A stretch of 64,000 bases of DNA from Macrostomum hystrix (Eukaryota; Animalia; Platyhelminthes), in assembly GCA_950097015.1 (NCBI GenBank), contig CATNEN010000024.1, positions 6,944,001 through 7,008,000 of the forward strand. The letters are read 5' to 3'. Numbering within the stretch: the stretch's first letter is position 1; each line of letters opens with the position of its first letter. Of the stretch, positions 25,448 through 36,890 are shown piece after piece. Position numbers and translations under genes: made by a program. The notes under the pieces were generated by a model, which did not search any database, was not told the DNA's origin, and saw nothing but the letters and a program-made list of their open reading frames with translations.

Positions 25448-26150
25448 AACCTGTAAACTAGAGGATTGCTCATTATCTTTTCCTATTTGATGCTTGTTTT
25501 GATTTGAGTCGCTAAGCTAAAACAGGTAAAAAATAACTAAGATTCAGAATAGGAAACTAAAATATTGTCAAGTTTTAAACTGAAAGACATAATAGCTAAG
25601 GCAGTTGAAATAGATTGTGGCTTGAGCATAATTTAAATGTCAGTAAAACACCCAAAGCATAAAAAAATCATAAAGCATCAGTTAGAAATGATTGTTAAAC
25701 CACATTTATGAACTTCATGTTTAGATAATAGTTAATAATATGAAGCATATGTTTTCAGTCATACAGAGAACTAATAAATGTCGCTAAATCTCGACATGAT
25801 GATTTGCTAGTTCATTGCACCGGCTATGTCAATCGGGAAATTATTACGTTGGGTAAGCTACGATATTTGACGGAAATTATATTGATGAACACAGTCAAAC
25901 TTTCATTACCACTTAGTCATTAAAAATTTTTGTTCTCAAATATAGCAAAATGCTAGCAAATTTTACCAATATAATAGTCGAAATTCTTGCTAATTACAAC
26001 CTTTACATTCGCATATAAAGTATTTTGTTTTATAGTTGGACTTCTATGGTAACGCAGTTGAAAAAACGTTTAAATCTACATTTATTTCATCGAGATAATT
26101 TATCCGTCTGATTCTGTCATACGATCTGGCCTCGCATAAACAGATTCACC

Positions 26151-28294
26151 ATGGCAGATTCCGAATCAACAAGCGAATTCGAAAGTGAAAATGTCGAGGA
26201 TCCGATTCAGAATCTGAGCAATGAAAAGCTGTATGAGCTGCTACAAAATATACTGTGAGTATAAGAGAAACTAAAGCATTATTTTGATACAGTTAAAATG
26301 CATTTAAAAAAGCTGCTGAACCCCAGATATATTGTTTCATCACTCGAAATTAATTGCTGAAAAAATTAGAAACATTTTTGATTCAAAACAAAGGCTTTTG
26401 ATTCACCTGCCAATGTTTCAATTGTTAGGTTATGTGTTAAACATCATACATTCCAAAGGCCATATGAAAAGCTTCTTGATATAAGCTTGAAAGTAGCATT
26501 TAACTGTTATACCACATAGAAATGATTCATTTCTCGTTGAATCGTTATGTACTTCAGTACCATTAAATCTAAAACTGATGATATATTTTGTATCCTAAAA
26601 TAAAAAGACTTGTAGGCAATTGCGGCTATAGTCTAAAATTAGGCTGCATGCAAACCAAATAATGCCTGAGAGCCCAATTTATAGCAGGAAAAATCTAAAA
26701 TTAAAACATAAACACAAACAGGACAGAAAACGAGAAGCTGACGATGGAGAATGAGATGTTCGAAAAGTTTCTACGACGCGTCGAGCCAAACGCGCTGGGC
26801 GGCGGCGCCGGCCTGTTGTCATCGTCGGCGTCGCAGGCCTCGCAGCAGGAGGCGGCGCCAGCGCGCGGCGTGCGCAAGCGCAGCCGGAGCAAGGGCTCAG
26901 CCTCGGAGAGGACGCTGCGGCTAACTGCCGAGCAGAAATGCGACATTGCTCAGCGCGAGATTGAAGAGCTTCGCGAGGAACTCAAGCGAATGGAGGGCGA
27001 CTGCGAGAAGGTAAGAGAAAGAAGCAGTCAGATCGCTCTTAAAGCTGTCATGTTGACAAGTACTTTCGAGCTAAAACTGCACTAAAAACACTGAAATTCA
27101 TCTGGGATTTAAATACAATATTTCTATGTACTTCATCGACTAGATATAAAGATGGATCTAAAAGCGAAGTACAGCCCCTTCAATCCGAGGCTAAGGCGTA
27201 CCAAAATTTTTACCCCAGCTAATTCTAGAAATCCTTTAACTGCTGGGTGAACTGAAGCTTTAAGGAATTTAATATCTTTCTCCAGGACAATTCACTACCC
27301 TTTATGCTGAGATTCGAACTCCAGATCGCTCGGTCCGAAGTCCAAAGCTCTAAGCAGGCTACAAGCGCCATAGATTGAACAATCTTCAATCTACTACAAT
27401 CTTTGTACTTTTAAAGCTGCTAAAGCGGTTTAAAAGTTGCATTGAGTTCAACTGAATCACCCGCAGATCATTGACAAAAAGCTGGCGATGATCGAGGAGA
27501 CGCAGGTGCGCGCCATCGAGATAAAAAAGTTTGAGCACGAATTCCATCGCGACGTGATCGTCGGCGGCGTCAGCAAGCGGACCGGCAAGGTCGAATGCGA
27601 GAAATTCGAACGCCACCACCGCGACCTCATCAGCAAGCGGCACGCTCTAATCAACAAGCTGGTACTGAAGAATCAGGCCCTGAAGGTATCCCTGCGGAAG
27701 CTGAAGTCCCAGCTCCGCCAGAAGGAGGAGATGGGTGACGTCCTTTCCAAGGTGGACTTTGAGCAGCTGAAGATCGAGAACTCGCAGTACATGGACAAGA
27801 TCGACGAGAAGAATCAGGAGCTGCTCAAACTGAAGCTCATGGCCGGCCGAACTCTTCAGGTGCTGAATCAGCACAAGAAGAAGCTGGCCTTCCTAAACAA
27901 GGAGCTGGACCGCATCAAAGCGGACATCCAGCAGCGGAATGACTTGTACAGGCGAGTGGAGGCGGAGGCCACGGTGGCCGAGGAGGTAAGCGCACAGACT
28001 ATTTATAATTTAAGGAGCTCGCTTACTGTTTCCCAATTCATTTTCGACTGACAAAACTAATATCTGCAAATGCCGCAGGAGCGAGAAAAGGCGGAAGTGA
28101 TTAACAGGCGTCTACGCGAGCAGCTCTCCGACTACAAGGTGCCGGAGGTGCTGGAGTACGTCAACTGCATGGCCGACCTGTACGAGCTGCAGAAGAAAGA
28201 GAGCATCTGGGACCGGAAGGTTGACATAGCCAAAATGGCGGTGGATAGACACCAGAGAATCTGGAAGCAGATCGCCAAAGACAGTCAGAATTAG
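26151..28294 (+). CDS. CCDC113: Coiled-coil domain-containing protein 113 (ciliary). Exons 26151-26254, 26722-27010, 27467-27985, 28079-28294.
   Basis: ENEMFEKF, LTAEQKCDIAQRE, LRQKEEMGDVLSKVDFEQLKIEN, WDRKVDIAKM match the family from memory. Splice phases are consistent. Confidence 0.92.
27150..27365 (-). mobile_element. Decayed CORE-like SINE (family B-related)
   Basis: Reverse complement has a tRNA-like head (TTGTAGCCTG...GGAGTTCGAATCTC) and GCTTCAGTTCACCCAGCAGTTAAA. Confidence 0.6.
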
Positions 28295-28669
28295 GGAGAC
28301 GAACTGACAATGAGACTGCAGACAACGACTGATGTCGATAAAGCTATATTTAAGATTAAATTTCTAAGAAACATTCTCGAATACAAATACACTATCGTAA
28401 CTCGAAATTGGAGTCAGTTTTAGACTCGATTGTAAAATTAGCAGAGCTCGAGAATTATAAAACTAATCTCCTAAAGCCAGTCGTCAGCCTATAGAGGTTC
28501 TCTAGTTGCTCCTTCAGTTTCTACATTCAATTCAAGATAGAAAAGTTCTCAACTATTTATTACACAATTTAGTACAAATATGCTTCAAGCGCACACTAGA
28601 GCAGCAACAAATCAGACAGCAAATTGCAATTGCGCAATAACTTGAGAAATGCGTGACGAACAAGCAGGA

Positions 28670-29285
28670 AGCAAGAATGATTGGGTGGCAACCGGGGGAA
28701 GCATGGTTAGGGTGGCAACCGGGGGGAAGAATGGTTGGGGTGGCAACCGGGGGAAGTATGGTTAGGGTGGCAACCGGGGGAAGAATGGTTGGGGTGGCAG
28801 CCGGGGAAGAATGGTTAGGGTGGCGACCGGGGGAAGAATGGTTAGGGTGGCAACCGGGGAAAGAATGGTTGGGGTGGCAACCGGGAGAAGAATGGTTGGG
28901 GTGGCAACCGGGGAAAGCATGGTTGGGGTGGCAACCGGGGAAAGCATGGTTGGGGTGGCAACCGGGGGAAGAATGGTTGGGGTGGCAGCCAGGGAAGAAT
29001 GGTTGGGGTGGCAGCCGGGGAAGAATGGTTAGGGTGGCGACCGGGGGAAGAATGGTTAGGGTGGCAACCGGGGAAAGAATGGTTGGGGTGGCAACCGGGA
29101 GAAGAATGGTTGGGGTGGCAACCGGGGGAAGAATGGTTGGGGTGGCAGCCGGGGAAGAATGGTTGGGGTGGTAACTGGGAAGAATGGTTGGGGTGGTAAC
29201 TGGGAAGAATGGTTGGGGTGGCAACTGGGAAGAATGGTTGGGGTGGTAACTGGGAAGAATGGTTGGGGTGGTAACTGGGAAGAAT
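28670..29285 (+). repeat. G-rich 27-28-nt repeat GAAGAATGGTTGGGGTGGCAACCGGGG, about 22 copies
   Basis: Visible; lies between the convergent CCDC113 and EXOSC3 3' ends. Confidence 0.95.
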
Positions 29286-29343
29286 GAGTGGGTGGCTACT
29301 GTGTTGAAGTGTCGCTCGGTCATCTGTCAAATAGTCGAGCTGT

Positions 29344-30666
29344 CTAGCCCCGAACACCCAGTGTCTTCTGCATCTCAGTCACCAGCTGCTGGCAGGCGCT
29401 GTCTGGACGCTGGTGAAAAGCGGCCACAATGCCAGCCAGAGCCACCGTGTGCGGCCAGGAGGAGCCGCAGAGCCACAGGCGGCCATTCAGACCAACGGTG
29501 GCCTCGTAGGCTCCCAGCGGAGCAAGCATGGCCAGCAAGCTGCGCCGATTGGCCAGGAGGCGCCGGGCCAGGCCGGGCGGCACCACAACAAGCGTGCCAG
29601 AGTCGCGGCCGACAACGCCCAGACCGTCGGCCCGACCGGCGGAGTCGACGCAGGTTAGTTCAGGCACGAGGCCCGAATCGCAGCGGGTCAGGCGAGCGTA
29701 GACCAGGTCGCCTAGGCGGACATCAGGCCGGTTGCGCTTGGTGGCATTCTCGAAGCTCAGCAGGCTCAGACTGGCCGGCTCCGAGCTGCCGATGTCCACC
29801 TGAGTATTAAGGTGAGAACAGGTGTAAAGAAATGAGAATGAGACAGGTGTTAAGGTGTGCAGGAAAATAGAAAATAGTTTATATTTGCAGGAGGGCTGCG
29901 GGCACTGCTCATTATATTGTAGACTCTCAGCCAGCGAGGAGGCAAAGCGAATCGAAAGTTATATCTAATTACAGAAGCTGTTTATCTGCACAAGGGGGTC
30001 AGTGGCAGAGCGGTCCAATGCGTTTGCTTCTCGCACCAAAGTCCTTGAGCTCAATTCCGCAGCGAGACCACATTAATTTAGGGCGCCGCCGCGGAGAGAA
30101 GGCTTGGGGGCTTGTCGTGCAATTTACGCCCTTGAGGGCAGATGTACACACTTGTGTGAGAGTGTGCCTGCGTACAGTATCTGTGCGCGTGTGTGCTCAG
30201 CACCTCGCTGGCTGCGGGTCTAGTGCCACCAACTGATGTGCTAGTGTTTCACCTGCAGATATATATACTTTTTTACCTGCACAAAGTCGCCCATGGCCCG
30301 GCGCGCCACCACGCCAAGCACGCAGTCGCCGCGGGCCGGCTGATACCTGCCGCAGGGATAATCCAGCCAGTAGCTGCGGCCTCTGTGACGCAGGTAGCCC
30401 AGCCGGTTGGCGCGCACCTCCAGCCTGGCAGCGTTGTCAGCGTCAACACTGAATGCTTGCAGGCCGACGCCGAGGATACAGCTGAGGTTGCCGGCCGGCT
30501 CTGTGAAGGCCAGATCGCCGGGCAGCAGGAGACGCTCGGCTGCCGCGTTGTCCTGGTCGTCTTCGTCAAGTTCTTCGCCCTCCTCCATTGACGCCTCGCC
30601 GAAGTCTTCACCGTCGTCGCATTGTGGTAAATTAGATTTAGAGGTTTTGACCTGTTCAGTTTCCAT
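29344..30666 (-). CDS. EXOSC3: Exosome complex component Rrp40. Exons 30666-30277, 29799-29344.
   Basis: RYQPARGDCVLGVV, VDIGSSEPASLSLLSFENATKRNRPDVRLGDLVYARL, YEATVGLNGRLW; phase-0 intron. Confidence 0.95.
29994..30240 (+). mobile_element. SINE family A in the EXOSC3 intron
   Basis: Head GGGGTCAGTGGCAGAGCGG and body match the copy at 4040. Confidence 0.85.
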
Positions 30667-31511
30667 GGCAACCAAGATAGGCGCGGCCGATTGCTAGAGT
30701 TGTCCGAAATTTCTGGAATTAGAAGTGCTCCATAAAGTGCTCTTTGTATCGTCTATCTATCAATCTATCTATTTATCTACCTACGTATCTATCTATGCAC
30801 CCATCTAATTATTTCTCTACCTATCTGTTGCTATAAATATAGATATAGACACACATGTACAAATAGCGAATATTGAGTTTCCAGAAAGTTAGACATTTCT
30901 GACATTTAAAATGACAAATAAACAAATCGACTAATTTAGAAATATATTTTTCTAAGGGCTAAAATCGTGTTTATTGAATTAATTAAGGAATAAAATTCAG
31001 CAAAAATATGATATATAGAAAAATCATGCTTTGGAAAAGATTTCGGGCGCGGGTTAATAATATGAACGTAGTAGAAATACGATCAGGTATTGTTTGTAAA
31101 ATGCTTCTACAGTCTTCATCAGTTGGCACCATTGCAGTCCAATTAAAATATAATCACGAATCACACCTTAAATGGTGAATACTAGAGTGGAAAGCCGGTA
31201 TCAAAAAGCAAAATTACAATACTGTGTTCAAAGGACTGACTGCAATCAACAAATTTTATTTGATTGTATTTGCTAGAGGTATAAGTAAAAGTTAGTGCTA
31301 AAAATAGAAACCAAAATAAAATTAATCATTCACTCTGAGTCATCGCTAATGCACTCAGTAGGAGTCATACACCGATGACCATCAGCGTGCGTCATTCCCT
31401 ATAAATCTCAGAGTAAGTCATTTACTATGACTCCGAGAGTGAGTATTTCCCAATGACCACTAGAGTGAGTATTTCCCAATTCCGCAGCTGCGATGAGGAA
31501 GCAGTGGCATG

Positions 31512-33207
31512 CTAGTGCGGCTCGCAGCACACGAGGCCGCCGGCTGCTGTCAGCTCAAACTTGCGCAGCTCATCGGCGGCGAAGACCGGCAGTCGGCCGG
31601 CGGCAGCCTTGCGAGCTTCGTCCAGCAGCTGTTGAACCCCGGCCGAGTCCAGCAGCGGACTGAAATGTGTCAGCACTAGGCTTCGGGCGCCAACGCGTAG
31701 GGCAAATTCAACAGCCATGGCCGGAGTGGAATGCCCGCTGGCTACGCAGGACTCGCGCCGCGCATCGCAGACTGTGGCCTCGTGGACCAGGCAGTCGACG
31801 CCGCGGCAGAGCGCCTCGGCCTGGCTTGAGTCGCAGGTATCACCCAGTACGGCCAAACTGGGCCGCCGCCACTGCTCTTCGTCATTCCCATCGACGTCGG
31901 CTACGTCAGGCGGCAGGATTCTATAGCCAACGCAGGGAATGCGATGGCACAGTGCGGCTGCGGTCAGACGATCGCTGACTCGCCAGTTGCCTCCGGGTTC
32001 GGGCGGAGAGCGTAGGATCTGGAATGGGTGGGAGAAAGGAAATTAAGGAGAAAAACAAACCAAGGATCAGTGGGCCTGAAGTGTAGGAGAACCAACCTGA
32101 GGGTCTGAAGTGTAGGAGGAGAACCAACCTGAGGGTCTGAAGTGTAGGAGAACCAACCTAATGGGTCTGAAGTGTAGGAGAACCAACCTGAGGGTCTGAA
32201 GTGTAGGAGAACCAACCTGAGGGTCTGAAGTGTAGGAGAACCAACCTGAGGGTCTGAAGTGTAGGAGGAGAACCAACCTGAGGGTCTGAAGTGTAGGAGA
32301 ACCAACCTGAGGGTCTGAAGTGTAGGAGGAGAACCAACCTGAGGGTCTGAAGTGTAGGAGGAGAACCAACCTGAGGGTCTGAAGTGTAGGAGAACCAACC
32401 TAATGGGTCTGAAGTGTAGGAGAACCAACCAGAGGGTCTGAAGTGTAGGAGAACCAACCTGAGGGTCTGAAGTGTAGGAGAACCAACCTGAGGGTCTGAA
32501 GTGTAGGAGAACCAACCTGATGGGTCTAAATTGTAGGAGAACCAACTTAATGGGTCTGAAGTGTAGGAGAACCAACCTAATGGGTCTGAAGTGTAGGAGA
32601 ACCAACTTGAGGGTCTGAAGTGTAGGAGAACCAACCTGAGGGTCTGAAGTGTAGGAGAACCAACCTCAGGGTCTGAAGTGTAGGAGAACCAACCTGAGGG
32701 TCTGAAGTGTAGGAGAAGTACAATACTAACAGGTTCGACCACGTCCTCATACGGCAATCTTGGAAACTCCGGCGCCCGCTCAATGGTGGCCTCCAGCTCG
32801 GCGGCTGCCTCCGTCGATGCCGGCATCAGTGCGGGCACGCCGGCCAGTTCCTGCAGTCGCAGCCGGACGCCGTTGCGAGCGTCGCTCCTGGCCAAGGCCA
32901 GGCTGTTCCGCACCATCTGGCGGATGCCAGACGGGCCGACCACCTCGAGAACGCTCCCAGGCGCGGCACGGCCAGCCACGGTGCTGAGCAGGCCAGGCAG
33001 GCCGTAGGTGTGGTCGCCGTGCAGGTGTGTGACGGCCACCCGGCTCACCCGGCGCCTGTCCAATCCGGAGCGGGCCAGCTGAACCTGGGCGGATTCGCCG
33101 CAGTCTATCAGCCAGATATCGTTGTCGGCATGAAATCGGACGGCTAGACAGGACGTGTGTCGGTGCGGCGCCGGAAATGACGAGCCGCTGCCAAGGAAGA
33201 CCAGCTC
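31512..33207 (-). CDS. ELAC1: Short-form RNase Z (ELAC1/ElaC-like metallo-beta-lactamase). Exons 33207-32731, 32018-31512; initiator Met not found nearby in the genome.
   Basis: ELVFLGSGSSFP, WLIDCGE, THLHGDH, LCHRIPCVGY, VLGDT, HEAT, GHST, LTHFS. Confidence 0.88.
32075..32717 (+). repeat. Intronic ~29-nt repeat GAACCAACCTGAGGGTCTGAAGTGTAGGA, about 22 copies
   Basis: Visible; fills almost the whole RNase Z intron. Confidence 0.95.
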
Positions 33208-33860
33208 CTGCAGGTTGTGGGTTCGTGTCGCGATTCGGCTGTTATCTTGCGAATTTTTCAAGTTTTTCACTTCTTGCAAGAAAATATTGACAGTTTTACT
33301 ATAAGTAGTGTAAATAAAAAATTATTTTAATCTTGTTTAAGGTTCAAAAATGTTCAAAGGAAAGCTTAAATTTTGTTCTCTCGAAGTTAACAGCCACTAT
33401 TAGTTTTAACGGATGCTTTACTATAAATCGATGCTTCATTATTTTCATTTTCTGAGACCAGACACTTGTTTTATAAGCAACAGAAAGTAAAATAATGCAA
33501 AGCAAAAGGAATCAAAATCATAATTCTCCAATCAATCAATAATGTACACAAACTTCTTGGATCAAAGATCAAAGACAAAGACTTTATATTTTTAACGACA
33601 ATTTTTAAAGCTACATTTTTAGCATCGTCAACTCCAAGTCAAGCACGATCAAAGATATTCTGACCACAAAATGAATTGAAATGCATAGCAACAAAAGTAC
33701 AGTAACAAAAGTACGAGTACTTTTTTCCCGTTAGTGTAATTCAGTTACAGTTACAAAGTAACTGTCAGGTAACTGTCAGGTTAGTAGCGAATAGCAACGA
33801 TAAGAATCCCAGCCTTTTAATCCGTTTAATTTTTCGTGCTAAAGAAGACAGTCAGCGTCT

Positions 33861-36255
33861 CTACTCGTCCACGCCTCGTACGTGTCTATCTCTCTCTGGC
33901 ACAAACGGCTCCCTGGTCGCGCCGCCGCGATGCTCTCTCCTGTTGACCTCCTTCCGCCTCTGCTTGCCCCTGATAGCTTTCATCTCTAGTTGGGCCTGGT
34001 ACAGCCGCTTCGGCAGGTGCCGGTGCTGCACAATGCGCCTAACCATCGGATGATTGGCGAACTTCCGCTTCAAAGCCTCGGCCGTGTTGGCAGCAGCCCG
34101 CTCTCTGGGTGTCACGGCGCCCAGTTTCTCAGATGCGCGCGCCTTCCATAGGCGCAAATTGAAATCGGCGCTGGCTGTTACAATGAAACGCGAGTCAAGG
34201 CTATAGCGAGCGGCGAATGCGCGGTACATGCGCTTAGTGTGGTAGACGTCGCGAGATTGGCTGCGGCCCGACTGCCACAGGCGCACTGTGCAGTCGTAGC
34301 TAGCTGAGACTAACTCCCGGCCAGTTGGGGAATAGTCCACATCCATGGCCGCGTTGGTGTGGCCGCGATAAACGCAGGCCGGCGAGGTCAGATGGCGAGC
34401 GTCCCAGGCGTACAGATTGTAATCGTCTGACGCTGTGGCTAGCACGAAAGGCTCCTGGAAGCGGAGGAATTTGGAGAAAATAAGGAGGGATAGAGCTGGG
34501 ACTCAAATGGATGGTATAATTTATCCTTTTTGGGATCGAAGCTGGTGCTTTTGAAGATAATTTTTTATCAAACTGGATTCTAATAAGGCAATTTTTAAAA
34601 AAGGAGGGTTTTGGTAGGAAGTAGAAATGGTATTTTCACTTTAGCTGGGACTGTTGAGGAGATTGGGACAGGAACTGGGACTGTTGAGGAGATTGGGACA
34701 GGAACTGGGACTGTTGAGGAGATTGGGACAGGAACTGGGACTGTTGAGGAGATTGGGACAGGAACTGGGACTGTTGAGGAGATTGGGACAGGAACTGGGA
34801 CTGTTGAGGAGATTGGGACAGGAACTGGGACTGTTGAGGAGATTGGGACAGGAACTGGGACTGTTGAGGAGATTGGGACAGGAACTGGGACTGTTGAGAA
34901 GATTGGGACAGGAACTGGGACTGTTGAATGGCAAATACTTCAGAGGTGAGTCTCAGTTACCTGAGGATTCCAACAGACGGCATTCTGCCGAAACTCGCAT
35001 CTCACTCGGCGCAATGGCTCCCTCTGCCTGCTGTCAATTAGCAGTAGGGCGTTGTCCTTAGTTACGGCCGCCAACAGGTGCCACTCGGTGGGATTGAAGC
35101 GCGCCTGCAGCACGGAGTCCGAGCCCCAGCGCCACTGACCAACAGGGTCGGAGCGGCGGCTGTCGTACAAGTAGACTGCGTCGCCAGACAGAGCGAACAG
35201 ATCCTTGCTGACGTGATGGTCCAGATTTAGCGGCGCAAAGTCTAGCAGGCGCTGGCTAACCGGCCGACTAAATTCTGCCAGATCGTCGGCAACGCGCCAG
35301 GCTTTCAGGGTGCGATCAGTGTCGCAGCAGGAGTAGAACAGGTCCTGCTCCGGATGCCAGCAGAGACCCTGGCGAGCGATATTGTGGCGAATAAGACTGT
35401 AGTAAGCTTGAGAACTTAGGCACTGCTGACTGGCTATGCTGGATGTTAAAGCAAACATCTTTATCTAACACTAAGGTCAGGGTTCGATTCCCGACTCAAC
35501 TGGAACAATTTTGCCACTTCAGTAATAAGATTAACTAAACTTAGCTTTGATTAAGTTCAACCAGCTGTTAAATGGGTACCAGCATTAGCTGTGATAATTT
35601 AGGTTGGGTGTGGCATTCCCAGTCTATGGACTGAACAGCCGTACGCAGCCTTCAGATGCGCCGCGCAATAGCTGCTGTCGGCTGCACATCTGGACCCAAC
35701 TAGGGCAGGTGTAATCAAATATTGTTTATTTATTTTTGCATTAGACACATATCAGATGGTGTTAGACACGGATGTTAGATGAAGGCGTAAGACACGGATG
35801 TTAGACATGGATGTTAGATGAAGATGTTTGGACATGAATGTTAGATGAAGGTGTTAGATACGGATGTCAGCAGCCTTGTAAGACGCGTTGGTTAGTTACC
35901 AAAGGCAAACATGTACCTGAACACATCCGGAGTGGGCCTCTAGTTGCAGTACGCGACTCCGCTTCGGGATGTTCCAAAAAGCGACGCGACCATCGACGCA
36001 TCCGCTTAGGCAGAGGCTTAGCGCCCGCGGATGCATGCAGATTCGGCTGAGCTGGTCACCCTGATCACCGAAGCAGCCTAGGAAGGGCTTGGCAAACACT
36101 CGCTCCAGCTTGGCGGCATTCAGGGCGCGAATGTACTCAGTCTCGGCTGACATTGGATGGAGTTCTGGCGCCGGATTGCGGGCAACCTTGTAAATGTCGT
36201 CCGCTGTCTCGCGCTGATAATCCAGTGGATTTCGCAACAACAGCTTCACCTTCAT
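33861..36255 (-). CDS. DCAF13: DDB1- and CUL4-associated factor 13 / Sof1 (SSU processome WD40 protein). Exons 36255-35917, 35368-34961, 34454-33861.
   Basis: YIRALNAAKLERVFAKPF, RFNPTE, CWNPQ|EPFVLATASDD, YHTKRM, C-terminal Sof1 region with HRHLPK. Confidence 0.96.
34645..34927 (+). repeat. Intronic 30-nt repeat GATTGGGACAGGAACTGGGACTGTTGAGGA, about 9 copies
   Basis: Visible, nearly perfect copies. Confidence 0.95.
35470..35720 (+). mobile_element. SINE family B (CORE-like), in DCAF13 intron 1
   Basis: B-box GGTTCGATTCC, CAGCTGTTAAATGGGTACC, TGGACTGAACAGCCGTACGCAGCC shared with the copy at 42450. Confidence 0.8.
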
Positions 36256-36749
36256 TTTTCTGCCTCTGAATTAGTTTTTTACAACTTTGAGAGGCTCGGA
36301 CTAGCGAGTTTATTTGGCTGTGAAGAAAATAATGTAGCAGTAGTTAGAACTTTGAACTTGAGATGGGCGAGGGCTTTCTTTATTTGTTGCTTTTATTAAA
36401 TGTTGATAATAATGATAACTGAAAACTTGCATATATTTTTCAATCCCTGTTCAGCAGTCCTTGAGGACAAGTTTACTTTGCTTAGTCATCACTCTAGGAC
36501 ATAGGATTCTTGAATCTAAAAAACTGGGTATAAAGCTGGTCAACTACTTTTTGGGTAATTTAGTAAAACAGCAACATTTAGGTCCATGTTAGTTTTTGGG
36601 AACTTTTACTATCGACATAGCTCTGTTTATAATAGAAAAAAATGAATTAATATATTTAATATACATAGTATGCATTAAATAAATGACTAGAAATAGGTAT
36701 AACCCATCGTATAACTATATTAAATTGCTTTTTAATAAAAATGTATGTA

Positions 36750-36890
36750 ATAATAATAATAATAATAGCTGTAGGAGGGCTGTGGGTAATGGCACATCAT
36801 TTGGTGACACTAGACTTGCAGCAAGCAAGGAGGCAATTCTGCCTCACAGTGTGCTCACTCCTGAGCACACATGCACACAGATACTGTAAG
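36750..36890 (-). mobile_element. SINE family A, 3' part
   Basis: GGCACATCATTTGGTGACACTAGAC is the reverse complement of the family A 3' end. Confidence 0.8.

Noticed and set aside
28553-29357. Pro-rich and WQPG repeat ORFs
   Set aside because: Minisatellite translations
31921-32783. Repeat-containing extension of the RNase Z ORF
   Set aside because: Donor at 32730 and acceptor at 32019 remove it in phase 0
34611-35061. GTGTVEEI repeat ORF
   Set aside because: Intronic 30-nt repeat in DCAF13
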